Shown: positions 18,221-28,434, counted from the first letter of the stretch. The stretch is DNA of 29,034 nucleotides from Anaerolineales bacterium (GCA_048634225.1 JAIWAT010000001.1:1-29034), one strand, 5' to 3'. A program made the numbers and translations. Notes: generated from the letters alone by a model not told the origin.

Positions 18221-19009
18221 ATGGAAGAAGAGATAATCAATGAATTCACTTCAATCAAAGGGATCGGCGAATCCAGGGCAAAGGCCCTGTATGAAGCAGG
18301 ATATGCTTCGGTCAAGGACTTGAACGATGCCACTGCAGAGGAATTATCCAGGGTTAAAGGTATAACCGACCAGTTAGCAGAGAGGATCAAGAACGAGATT
18401 TCCCTGATATATGAAGATATCGAGGCCGGTGAAGCAGTTGAAGAAACTGCACAAGAAGTAGTCGGGACTGCAAAAGTTGAAGTTGAGGCTGAAGAGGAAT
18501 TCGAAGATGAAGCTGGAGAAGAATTCAAAGAAGAGGCTGGAGAAGGGGACGAAGAAGACAAAGAGATCGAAGCCGTCCCAACAACAGAACTTGAAATGGA
18601 ATCTGAATTCCAGAGACTGCTGAAGGTCAGGAAGAGGCAGAAATCCAAAAAGCCAAATTTTATCCAGACCGATCAGCATAAGAAAAAGAGACTTAAAAAG
18701 TACTGGCGGCGGCCCAAAGGATTGCAAAACAAGAAACGGCGCTATATCCTTGGAAAAGGTGGGATGGCCAGGGTTGGATTCGGAAGTCCCGTTGCAGTTA
18801 AGGGCCTTCACCCCTCAGGTTTCCAGGATGTGCTGATGTCCAGGGTACAGGATCTTGATGAACTGGACCCAGGTACACAGGCAGTTCGCATTGCCAGGAC
18901 AGTAGGACAGCGTAAGCGTATGGAGATTGTCAATAAAGCCAGGAGCCTGGGACTGAAGATATTGAACCCTCCGGTAGAAACAGCTCCAATAGATGAGGAG
19001 GTGCAGTGA
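18221..19009 (+). CDS. rpl32e: 50S ribosomal protein eL32 with an N-terminal HhH domain and acidic linker
   Basis: C-terminal [10 protein letters not shown]...GFGSP...GLHPSG; N-terminal IKGIGESRA...[12 protein letters not shown] helix-hairpin-helix pattern. Confidence 0.95.
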   Translation: MEEEIINEFTSIKGIGESRAKALYEAGYASVKDLNDATAEELSRVKGITDQLAERIKNEISLIYEDIEAGEAVEETAQEVVGTAKVEVEAEEEFEDEAGEEFKEEAGEGDEEDKEIEAVPTTELEMESEFQRLLKVRKRQKSKKPNFIQTDQHKKKRLKKYWRRPKGLQNKKRRYILGKGGMARVGFGSPVAVKGLHPSGFQDVLMSRVQDLDELDPGTQAVRIARTVGQRKRMEIVNKARSLGLKILNPPVETAPIDEEVQ

Positions 19010-19010
19010 A

Positions 19011-19463
19011 ATGTCTGATCTACGTAACCAACGCAACATCGCAGCCCATGTACTGGATGTAGGTGTCCACAGAGTATGGATGGACCCGGAAGCTGCCGGT
19101 GATATTGCAAATGCGATCACACGCCAGGATGTCAGGGAACTCATATCGGATGGCGTAATTAAAGCCAAACCAGTGAAAGGTGTATCCAGGGGCAGAGCCC
19201 GGAAACTTGATATTAAGCGGGCATACGGACACCGTAAGGGTCACGGTTCAAGAAAAGGAGCCAAAGGTGCACGCAATCCAAAGAAAAGGCAGTGGATAAA
19301 GAAAATACGCGCATTAAGAAGAAGGCTGCATGAAATGAAAGCCGATGGTACGCTGGATAAGTCCACATATAACAGGATGTACCGCAAGGCTAAAGGCGGC
19401 GTATACAGGAACGTAGCCCATATGGAAGCGCATATCGAATCCCACCAACACAAGGAGGACTGA
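19011..19463 (+). CDS. rpl19e: 50S ribosomal protein eL19
   Basis: [28 protein letters not shown]. Confidence 0.98.
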   Translation: MSDLRNQRNIAAHVLDVGVHRVWMDPEAAGDIANAITRQDVRELISDGVIKAKPVKGVSRGRARKLDIKRAYGHRKGHGSRKGAKGARNPKKRQWIKKIRALRRRLHEMKADGTLDKSTYNRMYRKAKGGVYRNVAHMEAHIESHQHKED

Positions 19464-19465
19464 GA

Positions 19466-19990
19466 ATGGCAACAGGACCAAGATACAAAGTACCTTTCCG
19501 GCGCAGGAGAGAGGGTAAGACAGATTATCGTCAGCGTCTTCATCTATTGATCTCAAAACAGCCCAGGATAGTGGCACGCGGGAGCCTGCGCCACATGAAA
19601 CTCCAACTGGCTACACCAAAGCCAGAGGGGGATAATACCTGGGTTCATGCAGATTCCAGTGAACTAAAAAAATACGGCTATACTGGCAGCACAGGTAATA
19701 CACCTGCAGCATATCTTACAGGCCTGCTTTTCGGGTATAAGGCCCAGGCAGCGGGTTATGAGAACGCCATTTTGGATATGGGATTGCAGGTCTCATCCAA
19801 AGGCTGCCGGGTATATGCTGCATTAAAAGGCGTGGTGGATTCGGGTTTCGAAGTACCCCATGACCCAGGGATATTCCCAGGGGAATCAAGGATCAAGGGT
19901 GAAGAGATCATGGAATACACAGGTACGGATATACCTGCCCAGTTCGAGGAAGCTCTGGCAAAGATCAAGAATGAATTCGGGGAGGATTAA
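19466..19990 (+). CDS. rpl18: 50S ribosomal protein uL18
   Basis: [33 protein letters not shown]. Confidence 0.98.
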   Translation: MATGPRYKVPFRRRREGKTDYRQRLHLLISKQPRIVARGSLRHMKLQLATPKPEGDNTWVHADSSELKKYGYTGSTGNTPAAYLTGLLFGYKAQAAGYENAILDMGLQVSSKGCRVYAALKGVVDSGFEVPHDPGIFPGESRIKGEEIMEYTGTDIPAQFEEALAKIKNEFGED

Positions 19991-19993
19991 ACA

Positions 19994-20614
19994 ATGGCAT
20001 ACGATTATGAAACGGAATGGGTTCCAAAAACACGATTGGGACAACTGGTAAAGGAAGGCCAGGTAACATCAATGGAAGAGGCCCTGTCCTCGGGACTCCC
20101 TATAAAGGAACCCCAGTTGGTTGATGCGCTGCTTCCCGAACTTAAGGAAGAAGTACTGGACATAAATATGGTCCAGAGGATGACCGATTCGGGCAGGCGT
20201 GTCAAGTTCAGGGCAGTTGTGGTAGTAGGCAACGAGGATGGTTATTTAGGTCTGGGCCAGGGTAAGGACGTCCAGGTAGGACCTGCCATCAGGAAGGCCA
20301 TAGATTCTGCAAAGATCAATATCTCAGGTATCAGGCGAGGATGCGGTTCCTGGGAGTGCGGATGCAATACAGAACATACCGTGCCTTTTGAGGTCGTGGG
20401 TAAGATGGGCAGTGTAAAGGTCATATTGAAACCCGCACCCAGGGGTCTGGGCCTGGCAGCCGGAAAAACGGCAAAGACTGTTATGCAGATGGCAGGTATC
20501 AAGGACGTCTGGACCAGGACCGAAGGGCAGACCAGGACCACCCTGAACTTTGCCAAGGCCACTTTTGAAGCATTGAAAAGGACCGCAGTAGTCCGTACCG
20601 TGGGGGCAGAGTAA
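19994..20614 (+). CDS. rps5: 30S ribosomal protein uS5
   Basis: [34 protein letters not shown]. Confidence 0.98.
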   Translation: MAYDYETEWVPKTRLGQLVKEGQVTSMEEALSSGLPIKEPQLVDALLPELKEEVLDINMVQRMTDSGRRVKFRAVVVVGNEDGYLGLGQGKDVQVGPAIRKAIDSAKINISGIRRGCGSWECGCNTEHTVPFEVVGKMGSVKVILKPAPRGLGLAAGKTAKTVMQMAGIKDVWTRTEGQTRTTLNFAKATFEALKRTAVVRTVGAE

Positions 20615-21075
20615 TGTATACCGTAGTGCGGCTAAGAAGTACGGTCAATACCAGGCCGGAGATCAGGGATACCCTGAAGATGCTCAGGCTCAACAGGGTC
20701 AATCATTGTGTCGTCCTTGAAGAGAATCCCCATAACAAGGGTATGATCCGGAAAGTGAAGGACTATGTGGCATGGGGCAATATTTCCCCGGAAGCTTTAT
20801 CCCAGCTTATACGCAAGCGAGGCGAACTTGAGGGGAACGGCGCACTGGATGATGAGTATGTTAAGGAAAATATCTCCTTTGACAGTATCGATGCACTGGC
20901 ACAGGCCATCTGCTCGGGTGAAGTGTCTATCAAGGATATCCCAAAACTAAAGCCGGTATTCAGGCTCCATCCGCCCAGGAAGGGGCATAAAGGTATCAAG
21001 AAAACGGTGCCGGAAGGTGGAGTACTGGGTTATCACGGCGACGATATCAATGCGCTTCTCCACAAGATGAGGTAA
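20614..21075 (+). CDS. rpl30: 50S ribosomal protein uL30
   Basis: [29 protein letters not shown]. Confidence 0.98.
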   Translation: MYTVVRLRSTVNTRPEIRDTLKMLRLNRVNHCVVLEENPHNKGMIRKVKDYVAWGNISPEALSQLIRKRGELEGNGALDDEYVKENISFDSIDALAQAICSGEVSIKDIPKLKPVFRLHPPRKGHKGIKKTVPEGGVLGYHGDDINALLHKMR

Positions 21076-21080
21076 TACTT

Positions 21081-21584
21081 ATGAAAAAGAACGTAACCAA
21101 ATTCAGAGGTTCCAGGACGTGCGGAGGCGGCACACATAAGAACCGCCGCGGTGGAGGAAGCCGTGGAGGCCGGGGCAACGCAGGTGGATGCAAACACCAT
21201 TTCGTGCGCAATTACATGAATGGCACGGCATATGGCAAGCATGGGTTCAAACGTCCACAAAAGGTCCTTTCAGATAAACCCATTGTGAATGTGGGTGAAC
21301 TGGATGAACTGGCTGAACAACTGGTGCAGTATGGTGAGGCGCATAAAGATGGCGATGTTTATCATATCAACCTGGCAGAACTGGAATACCCAATAGTAAA
21401 AGTGCTGGGTAATGGCAGGATCACCAAACCCATAGCTATCACAGTCTCTGAATGCAGCGTAAGGGCAAGGTCCAAGATCGAAGAAGCTGGCGGCAGTATA
21501 GAAGAATATGTCCCAGCGGTTAAAGAAGTAGACATTGAACCAGAGCCCGAAGAGACCGGGGAACCAGACGTTGAAGATATCTGA
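21081..21584 (+). CDS. rpl15: 50S ribosomal protein uL15
   Basis: [30 protein letters not shown]; acidic C-terminal tail. Confidence 0.98.
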   Translation: MKKNVTKFRGSRTCGGGTHKNRRGGGSRGGRGNAGGCKHHFVRNYMNGTAYGKHGFKRPQKVLSDKPIVNVGELDELAEQLVQYGEAHKDGDVYHINLAELEYPIVKVLGNGRITKPIAITVSECSVRARSKIEEAGGSIEEYVPAVKEVDIEPEPEETGEPDVEDI

Positions 21585-21693
21585 TCATTAATTCAAGAAG
21601 GAATTCACGGAAAAAATTCATGCAAAGAGAACAATAATGTTAAATTATTGTATTTCCATTCCATATTTTTAATACCAAAATCGGGTGCATTTA

Positions 21694-23241
21694 ATGACTC
21701 TTAAGGATACCATCGAACCAATCTTACGAAGACTCCCGGCCGTGGCAAGGCCGGAGGGGCATGTCCATTTCAAGAAGAAACTGACCTGGACAGTGAGCAT
21801 ACTACTGATGTATTTCGCCCTGTCTAATGTTCCGCTTTTCGGCATGTCTCCTGAATCCATTGACCTGTTCGAACAATACAGGGCATTCTTTGCAGGGGCC
21901 TCGGGCTCACTCTTGCTACTGGGTATCGGCCCCATTGTTACTGCATCTATCGTGTTGCAGCTGCTGGTGGGAGCGGATGTGATCAAGATGGACCTGAGCA
22001 ACCCCCAGGACCAGGCTATCTTCCAGGGAGTCCAGAAACTGCTGGTGTTTGTGATGATCATATTGACAGCACTGCCCCAGATTTTAGGCGGGTACATCAA
22101 GCCCGATGCCGGCCTGGCAGCCATACTGGCTGCGGATTTTAACATCTCGGCCGCAGCCGGGTTGGACCTTGTGATGTTAATCATATTCATCCAGATATTC
22201 ATTGGCGGAACCCTGATATTGTTCATGGATGAGGTGGTATCCAAATGGGGTATAGGTTCCGGCGTGGGACTGTTCATTGTGGCAGGAGTGTCACAGGCGA
22301 TCGTTACGGGCCTGTTCAGTATAACGCGCCCGGGAGGACCTCTTAGTGCACCAGTTGGCCTTTTACCAAAATGGCTGTATTTCACCACAGATGTAGGACT
22401 TGGCAACCTGTTTTCAGATAATGTTTTCCAGAACGTTTTCATTGATGGCGGTATCCTGGCACTGATAAGTACGGTCATGATATTCCTTGTAGTGGTATAT
22501 GTGGAATCCACACGTATCGAGATACCTCTGGCCCATAGTGCGGTGCGGGGTGCAAGGGGCAGATTCCCTGTCAAGCTTATTTATGCCAGTGTGCTTCCCA
22601 TGATACTGGTCAGGGCACTGCAGGCAAATATCCAGATGGTGGGCATGCTGCTGTTCAATAAAGGGATTACGTTCCTGGGTGAGTTCAGGGGCAGTACTGC
22701 TACCAGCGGCCTGATGTATTATCTTTCACCGTTGCACGGTCCTGGTGATTGGATACCCAGTCTGGTGAAAAAGAATTTTGATGACATTAATATGCAGTAT
22801 GCTACTGAAGCTACCGGTTTCGCACCTGTAGATATACCGGCCACCTGGCAGATATTTTTACATGTGGGTGCGGATGCTACCATGTTGATCATTGGCGGTA
22901 TCATCTTTGCACTGTTCTGGATCGAGACTACAGGTATGAATGCAAAGAACACGGCCCAGAAGATACACAATTCAGGTATGCAAATACCTGGGTTCAGGCG
23001 CAACATTGACAGTATCGAGCGGGTCATGAACCGTTATATTCCCAGGGTTACTATTATCGGAGGTGCATTCATCGGACTGTTGACACTGGTAGCCAGTCTT
23101 ATGGGTACGCTGGGAGGTGCAGGCGGGACCGGTCTGCTGCTGGCTGTGAGTATTGTATATAGGTTGTACGAGGATCTGGCATCCGAACAGATGATGGAGA
23201 TGCATCCGATGATGAGACAATTCCTTGGAGGTACTTCATAG
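21694..23241 (+). CDS. secY: Preprotein translocase subunit SecY
   Basis: LGIGPIVTASIVLQLL, SKWGIGSGVGLFI, YASVLPMIL, QIPGFRR, GTGLLLAVSI. Confidence 0.98.
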   Translation: MTLKDTIEPILRRLPAVARPEGHVHFKKKLTWTVSILLMYFALSNVPLFGMSPESIDLFEQYRAFFAGASGSLLLLGIGPIVTASIVLQLLVGADVIKMDLSNPQDQAIFQGVQKLLVFVMIILTALPQILGGYIKPDAGLAAILAADFNISAAAGLDLVMLIIFIQIFIGGTLILFMDEVVSKWGIGSGVGLFIVAGVSQAIVTGLFSITRPGGPLSAPVGLLPKWLYFTTDVGLGNLFSDNVFQNVFIDGGILALISTVMIFLVVVYVESTRIEIPLAHSAVRGARGRFPVKLIYASVLPMILVRALQANIQMVGMLLFNKGITFLGEFRGSTATSGLMYYLSPLHGPGDWIPSLVKKNFDDINMQYATEATGFAPVDIPATWQIFLHVGADATMLIIGGIIFALFWIETTGMNAKNTAQKIHNSGMQIPGFRRNIDSIERVMNRYIPRVTIIGGAFIGLLTLVASLMGTLGGAGGTGLLLAVSIVYRLYEDLASEQMMEMHPMMRQFLGGTS

Positions 23242-23242
23242 T

Positions 23243-23896
23243 ATGGTCAATCTGGTATTACTTGGTGCGCCGGGTGCGGGTAAGGGCACCCAGGCCAAGA
23301 TGCTGGCCGGGAAGTACGGTATCCTTCATATATCCACAGGCGATATATTGCGGGAAAATGTGAGCAATAATACCGAACTGGGTAAAAAAGCAAAGGAATA
23401 CATGGACAAGGGCGAACTCGTCCCTGACACTGTACTGATAGATATTATCAAGGACAGGCTATCAAGGCCTGACACCGATAACGGATTCCTGCTGGACGGC
23501 TATCCCCGGACCATTCCCCAGGCAGAGGCACTGGATAATATCTTCGGCCAGTTGGGAAAGAGACTGGATGCAGTAATCGATATCAAGGTTCCGGACGATG
23601 AACTTGTGGCCAGGCTGGCAGGCAGGCGGATGTGTAAGTGCGGTGCCAGCTACCACGTAATTTTCAATCCTCCAAAGAAGGACGGGATATGCGATGTATG
23701 CAGCGGGGAACTGTACCAGCGTGACGATGATACCGAAAGCTCAGTGAAGACCAGGCTGGTCGCCTATTACAACCAGACCCACCCGCTTATTGATTATTAT
23801 ACAGATAAAAGACTGTTGCGTACTGTTAGTGGTACCGGGGATATTGAGGATATCTTCGGTGAGATCACAGTTGTTGTTGATAAGATATTGGAGTAG
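23243..23896 (+). CDS. adk: Adenylate kinase (bacterial-type, with Cys-containing LID)
   Basis: GAPGAGKGT P-loop, HISTGDILR, LDGYPRT, QRDDD. Confidence 0.97.
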   Translation: MVNLVLLGAPGAGKGTQAKMLAGKYGILHISTGDILRENVSNNTELGKKAKEYMDKGELVPDTVLIDIIKDRLSRPDTDNGFLLDGYPRTIPQAEALDNIFGQLGKRLDAVIDIKVPDDELVARLAGRRMCKCGASYHVIFNPPKKDGICDVCSGELYQRDDDTESSVKTRLVAYYNQTHPLIDYYTDKRLLRTVSGTGDIEDIFGEITVVVDKILE

Positions 23897-23899
23897 GAT

Positions 23900-24511
23900 A
23901 TGCCAAAAACTGACTTGAAGCAGACGGTAGAAAGGGCTGCACTTGCCCTTGGTTTCGGAATGATGTTCGGAATCATCCTGCTTGGTGAAACATTCAGGAT
24001 GCAGGTGGGTGAAGTAGTTGAGATATTACTCGGGCCGCTGCCCGAGATCCTGCCATTCCATATTATGCTGTTCGTCATGGCCGCTATTACCGGCCTGTAT
24101 GCATCGCTGATCCAGAAATATACAATGGATTGGGAACTGATGCGCCGGGTGCAGGACCAGATGAAGAACTTCCAGAAGGATTTCAGGGAGGCGCAGCTTG
24201 CAGATAACCAGTCCAAAGTGAAGAAAATGGAAGCAGAGCGTTCAGCCATGATGAATGACCAGATGCAAATGACCAAACAGCAGTTCAAACCCATGGCTTA
24301 TATCAGCATTATTTCGCTGCCCCTTTTCATGTGGGCGTACCTTTACATAGGCGAGCACCCAGACCCAACCCTTATATTCCCGTTTTGGGGTGAAAAGTCG
24401 CTGACCGGGTTTGTGCTGGGTCCTATCCAGTACTGGATATACTGGTATTTCATTTGCAGTCTGCCAATCAGCCAGATTATCAGGAAAAGCCTGAATATCG
24501 GCGGCGTGTGA
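23900..24511 (+). CDS. DUF106 / EMC3-TMCO1 (Oxa1 superfamily) membrane insertase
   Basis: TM helices flanking a coiled coil (MRRVQDQMKNFQKDFREA), FKPMAYI, WIYWYFICSL; conserved position after adk. Confidence 0.9.
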   Translation: MPKTDLKQTVERAALALGFGMMFGIILLGETFRMQVGEVVEILLGPLPEILPFHIMLFVMAAITGLYASLIQKYTMDWELMRRVQDQMKNFQKDFREAQLADNQSKVKKMEAERSAMMNDQMQMTKQQFKPMAYISIISLPLFMWAYLYIGEHPDPTLIFPFWGEKSLTGFVLGPIQYWIYWYFICSLPISQIIRKSLNIGGV

Positions 24512-24513
24512 AC

Positions 24514-25053
24514 ATGATAATTACAGTCAGCGGTCCACCAGGGAGCGGGAAGAGTACTCTTTCAGTGAAGATCGCTGAACATTTTGATCTGGAACTTGTG
24601 TCCTCAGGTGACGTTTTCAGGGCTATGGCAAAGGAAAAGGGAGTGGATCTTGAAAAGTTCGGGCATATGGCCGAAGCTGACCCTGCCATTGATAAGGAGA
24701 TCGACAGGCGGCAGGTGGAACTTTCAAAGACCAAAGGGGATATCCTGTTCGAGGGACGGCTTTCGGGCTGGCTGATAGATGCTGACCTGAAGATAATGCT
24801 AAAGACCGATGTGGGGGTCAGGGCAAGGCGGATCGCAGGCAGGGAGGATATTTCCCTTGAGCAGGCCATGCACGAGACCATGGTGCGCCAGGAGAGCGAG
24901 GCAAAGCGTTACAGGGAGTACTATGATATCGATATATCTGACCTGACCCTGTATGACCTGGTGATCGAGTCCAGTGTATGGGACCCGGAAGCCACGGCAA
25001 ATGTCGCTATTACAGCAATTGGATCTATGAAGGAAAAGGGGCAGAGGGGTTAG
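24514..25053 (+). CDS. cmk: Cytidylate kinase (archaeal type)
   Basis: ITVSGPPGSGKST, SSGDVFR, EIDRRQ, EGRLSGW. Confidence 0.96.
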   Translation: MIITVSGPPGSGKSTLSVKIAEHFDLELVSSGDVFRAMAKEKGVDLEKFGHMAEADPAIDKEIDRRQVELSKTKGDILFEGRLSGWLIDADLKIMLKTDVGVRARRIAGREDISLEQAMHETMVRQESEAKRYREYYDIDISDLTLYDLVIESSVWDPEATANVAITAIGSMKEKGQRG

Positions 25054-26073
25054 ATGGAGCATAAACTGCCTGCTGATGTCAAGCGGGAATTACAATGCAA
25101 AGTGGAGGATACCACTGACCCGGCTTATGGATATATTCCTAACAAGCGTCCTATAAGGGAGCTTATAACTCACGGTGTGCTCAATCTCGACAAACCAGCC
25201 GGACCCACCAGTCATGAGGTGGTGTCGTGGGTGAAGAAGATACTGGACCTTCCCAGGTCCGGACACGGTGGAACACTGGACCCTAAGGTTACTGGTCTTT
25301 TACCCATTATGCTGGGCGATGCAACCAAGTCGGTGGGGGCGCTTATGACTGCTGGGAAGGAATATATATGTTTAATGAAATTACATTCCACTGTAAAAAA
25401 GACCGTAGTTAAGGAGATTGCACAGGAGTTCACCGGACCTATCTACCAGAGACCTCCGGTAAAGTCGGCTGTGAAACGTGAGGTAAGGATACGTAATATC
25501 TATTACCTGGATATCCTTGAGATCAATGGTACCAAAGTGCTGATGCGCGTGGGCTGTGAGGCCGGTACGTATATCAGGAAGTTGTGCCATGATATGGGCG
25601 AAGCTCTTGGTTGTGGTGCGCATATGCAGGAGTTGCGGAGAACCCGCAGCGGGCCGTTCAGGGAGGATGACAGTCTGATAACGCTGTTCGACCTGAAGGA
25701 TGCTATGGTCATGTACCAGGAGTCGGATGACGAGAGCGAACTGCGCCGGGTGATACAGCCGATGGAGGCAGGTCTTGTGCATCTGCCCAGGATTATTATA
25801 AGGGACAGTGCTGTGGACGCTATATGTCACGGTGCCAGTCTGGCCGCACCTGGTGTGGTGAAGGTGGATTCTGGTATGAATTCGGGCGATATGGTGCTGG
25901 TCATGAGCCTGAAAGGTGAAGCGGTTGCCCTGGCATGGAGCCTTATGGACACGGATGCCGTGCTTGAAGCAGAAACTGGTATGGTGGCCGACACCAAGCG
26001 GGTGCTGATGCCTGAAGGTACTTATCCAAAGGGCTGGACAGCGAAGACGGAAAAAGGTGGCAAACCTGACTGA
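25054..26073 (+). CDS. cbf5: H/ACA RNA-guided pseudouridine synthase Cbf5 (TruB family with PUA domain)
   Basis: LDKPAGPTSHEV, GHGGTLDPKVTG, GTYIRKLCHD, LRRTRSG, DSAVDAICHGA. Confidence 0.97.
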   Translation: MEHKLPADVKRELQCKVEDTTDPAYGYIPNKRPIRELITHGVLNLDKPAGPTSHEVVSWVKKILDLPRSGHGGTLDPKVTGLLPIMLGDATKSVGALMTAGKEYICLMKLHSTVKKTVVKEIAQEFTGPIYQRPPVKSAVKREVRIRNIYYLDILEINGTKVLMRVGCEAGTYIRKLCHDMGEALGCGAHMQELRRTRSGPFREDDSLITLFDLKDAMVMYQESDDESELRRVIQPMEAGLVHLPRIIIRDSAVDAICHGASLAAPGVVKVDSGMNSGDMVLVMSLKGEAVALAWSLMDTDAVLEAETGMVADTKRVLMPEGTYPKGWTAKTEKGGKPD

Positions 26074-26110
26074 AAATTGTCAGTCGAACGCAAAATACGG
26101 ATACCTTGAT

Positions 26111-26195
26111 GCCGAGGTAGTCTAGCGGTATGGCGCAAGCCTGGAAAGCTTGTGGGGCTTGGTTCCCCTCGGGAGTTCGAATCTCCCCCTCGGCG
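26111..26195 (+). tRNA. tRNA-Ser(GGA), long variable arm, CCA not encoded
   Basis: Acceptor GCCGAGG/CCTCGGC + G; anticodon arm CAAGC-CTGGAAA-GCTTG; variable arm GGGG/CCCC; T arm GGGAG-TTCGAAT-CTCCC. Confidence 0.96.
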
Positions 26196-26420
26196 CTTGT
26201 TTTTACAGGATGAGAGTGGGAACAAGAGCGATCTTTGTAGTAATGGGTAGGGTTATTAAAATGGCAAATGATTTTTTTTAATTCAAAAGGCGTAAAAAGT
26301 ACTCATAGAATGAAAGATATTATTAAATAGATAGTTTTATTCCATGTATATGTTGGTTATAGGGGATAATTGAAAAGAAATATTTATTGTCTCATATGAT
26401 TATCTTCAGATGAGGATTCA

Positions 26421-26729
26421 ATGATGAAGAAAGTTATCCAGCATAAACCAAAAGGGCTTCGTATTGAGATAGAAAAACTCGAAGGTCAATTTGAAATCCC
26501 AAATGTTAAAAAAATGCAGGAAGAATTGTTACATATGTTTAATAATCCTAAAGATTATACATGTTTATCTCAAGATGATATTGACAAAATATTTGGTCCT
26601 TGGGTTAACCTATCCCCAAAAGATAAGGCTCATGCCACGGCCAAAAGAACTTTTATAAAAATAAAAGAAACGATGTTTGTAGATGATGATTCCAATTGTC
26701 CAGAGTTTGATAATGCAGAAGATTTTTAA
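26421..26729 (+). CDS. Hypothetical protein (island cargo)
   Basis: 102-aa ORF preceded by GAGG; no family recognised. Confidence 0.6.
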   Translation: MMKKVIQHKPKGLRIEIEKLEGQFEIPNVKKMQEELLHMFNNPKDYTCLSQDDIDKIFGPWVNLSPKDKAHATAKRTFIKIKETMFVDDDSNCPEFDNAEDF

Positions 26730-27070
26730 TTTCCTGAAATATTACTATCGGTAATATGGCGCCCTGAAAAATCCATAATTATTCATCTTTAAAAAATCAT
26801 CTTAGCTATACGTTTGTTAAGTTAATTATCCTATAAACTATAGAAATATACTATATGCCACCTACAAACCCATTATTCAGTGTAAAATAAGTATGGTAAA
26901 CACATATTTAGGGGTGCCTGATAACGATTTTTAACATATTCAGGTGATAGCGTTTTTTCTGGTTATGTTCAACCTTTGGATATTACCAATAGTTATATTA
27001 GGCTTTATCTAAATGGAGTGTTTTTTTAAAATGTAAACTATTATATATTATGCTGTATGAAATTCAATAG

Positions 27071-27406
27071 GTGTTTATTGTGCTAACTGATCAACAATTT
27101 GCTACACTTATTGAAGCTCTAAAAATAATCCATAAAACAGCAGATAAAGGGGTTATAGATGATTTAGAAGATTATAAAAAAGTTATAACAGTATTAGAGG
27201 ATGGTAAAACTAATAAACCTGACATCGATGCAATAATTCGTTGGATTAGAAAAAAGGATCCAAAAGGGGACAAATATAAAGTTGCTCGATGTTTAGTATG
27301 GTATATTGCAAAAAAGAAATTAGAAATACCTGAAATTCAATCCGCAGATTTCCCATTTTGCAAATGCCCTAATGAATACAGATATCATATAAAAAGATAT
27401 AAATAA
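27071..27406 (+). CDS. Hypothetical protein (island cargo)
   Basis: 111-aa ORF with a GTG start and an upstream TATA-like run; no family recognised. Confidence 0.55.
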   Translation: MFIVLTDQQFATLIEALKIIHKTADKGVIDDLEDYKKVITVLEDGKTNKPDIDAIIRWIRKKDPKGDKYKVARCLVWYIAKKKLEIPEIQSADFPFCKCPNEYRYHIKRYK

Positions 27407-27563
27407 AATACACATAATAAACATCTTTATTTTTGTTTAAAACACAATATTATATGGATCGTTATTATTCTAATTATAACAATATTGATATATTCTAAAT
27501 TATCAAAATAAGTTTGTTTGTTAATCACATTTATACTAATTTTATTATAGGTGGAATGATGAA

Positions 27564-28094
27564 ATGCTAAGGAAAGATAATAAACGTAAATTTGTGAAAA
27601 CAGGATGGTGGATATTTACTCAATATATATTTTCAAATGGGAATTCGACTGTCACATATTCTGACGATGATTATCAAATATGTGTAGAAGGTCAAAAGAA
27701 AGCACCCACTTTAGTTATGATTGATGAATCATCAAATAAAAGATGGTGGATGTATAAAAATGAATTTTATTGGGAGGACGAGAATTATTCCCAAAAAGAA
27801 GTAAATGCCCTCATATTTGAAAGGGAACATAAGAAAAAAAAGAAGATAAATAAAGCAATTTCTTTGATGAGTCGAGAAAAGATTCCAAATAAAAACAAAC
27901 GGGAAATGGTACCTGAAGATGTTAGACTTTATGTATGGAATCGAGATGGTGGAAGATGTGTTAAATGTGGCAGCCAGAAAAAAATTGAATATGATCACAT
28001 CATACCAGTATCAAAAGGAGGAAGCAATACAGCACGAAATATCCAAATTCTTTGTGAAGAATGTAATCGTTCTAAAGGAGATTCTTTAGTTTAA
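27564..28094 (+). CDS. HNH endonuclease (McrA-like, zinc-binding)
   Basis: VWNRDGGRCVKCG...EYDHIIPVSKGGSNTARNIQILCEECNRSKG; GGTGG RBS. Confidence 0.92.
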   Translation: MLRKDNKRKFVKTGWWIFTQYIFSNGNSTVTYSDDDYQICVEGQKKAPTLVMIDESSNKRWWMYKNEFYWEDENYSQKEVNALIFEREHKKKKKINKAISLMSREKIPNKNKREMVPEDVRLYVWNRDGGRCVKCGSQKKIEYDHIIPVSKGGSNTARNIQILCEECNRSKGDSLV

Positions 28095-28184
28095 CCATGA
28101 TACACTCAAATATATCTTTACACAGTGTTTTGAAACTCAATGTTTTAGACAGCTTTTTAAAGAACTTCATATTAATATATCATT

Positions 28185-28409
28185 ATGACAAAACCAGGAT
28201 ACACTCACGTATTTATACCAAAATCTTTTCACAGTCTTTTGAAAGAGAAAGCAGAATGTGAAAAAACCAGTATCTGGCGATACATTGAGAATTTAATGCA
28301 AACTGGCAATTTTAAGCCTGGAAAGCTTGTGGGGCCTGGTCCCCCTCAGGAGTTCGAATCTCCCCCTCGGTGCTTTATTATTCTATGGTTTTTGTTATAT
28401 TTTATATAA
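28185..28409 (+). CDS. Ribbon-helix-helix-like ORF reading through the att copy; candidate int(N) fragment of a split SSV-type integrase
   Basis: THVFIPKSFHSLLKEKAECEKTSIWRYIENLM fits a beta-alpha-alpha pattern; codon 44 begins exactly at the att repeat (28314). Confidence 0.65.
   Translation: MTKPGYTHVFIPKSFHSLLKEKAECEKTSIWRYIENLMQTGNFKPGKLVGPGPPQEFESPPRCFIILWFLLYFI
28314..28375 (+). repeat. att site: duplicate of the tRNA-Ser 3' portion
   Basis: AAGCCTGGAAAGCTTGTGGGGCCTGGTCCCCCTCAGGAGTTCGAATCTCCCCCTCGGTGCTT versus 26137-26198. Confidence 0.95.
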
Positions 28410-28434
28410 CGAAACGTTTTTAAATATATAACGA
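28394..28434. promoter_or_regulatory. Candidate operator/promoter of the HTH-MNT gene
   Basis: Palindrome GTTATAT-TTT-ATATAAC (28394-28410); TATATAACGA repeated at 28403 and 28425. Confidence 0.45.

Larger units (their letters stand above)
26137..28375. mobile_element. 2.2-kb integrated mini-island in tRNA-Ser, bounded by 62-bp att direct repeats
   Basis: 26137-26198 is repeated at 28314-28375 with 4 mismatches; the interior is strongly AT-rich. Confidence 0.88.

Noticed and set aside
23620-23720. Adk LID with CxC instead of CxxC, and a bacterial-type Adk in an archaeon
   Set aside because: As recalled, this is typical of Methanosarcinales and related lineages; not novel.
8812-25830. Many overlapping or antisense ORFs in the track (e.g. 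8812-9426, 10819-11484, 17986-18648, 21669-22574)
   Set aside because: Shadow frames of well-conserved housekeeping genes; no recognisable motifs or RBS.
26730-27070. Possible small ORF or int(C) remnant in the island spacer
   Set aside because: The frames I translated close quickly (e.g. MVNTYLGVPDNDF*); no tyrosine-recombinase motifs were seen on either strand.
28314-28375. Second tRNA-Ser gene
   Set aside because: It lacks the 5' acceptor strand and D arm and has a T-stem mismatch; it is an att duplicate, not a gene.
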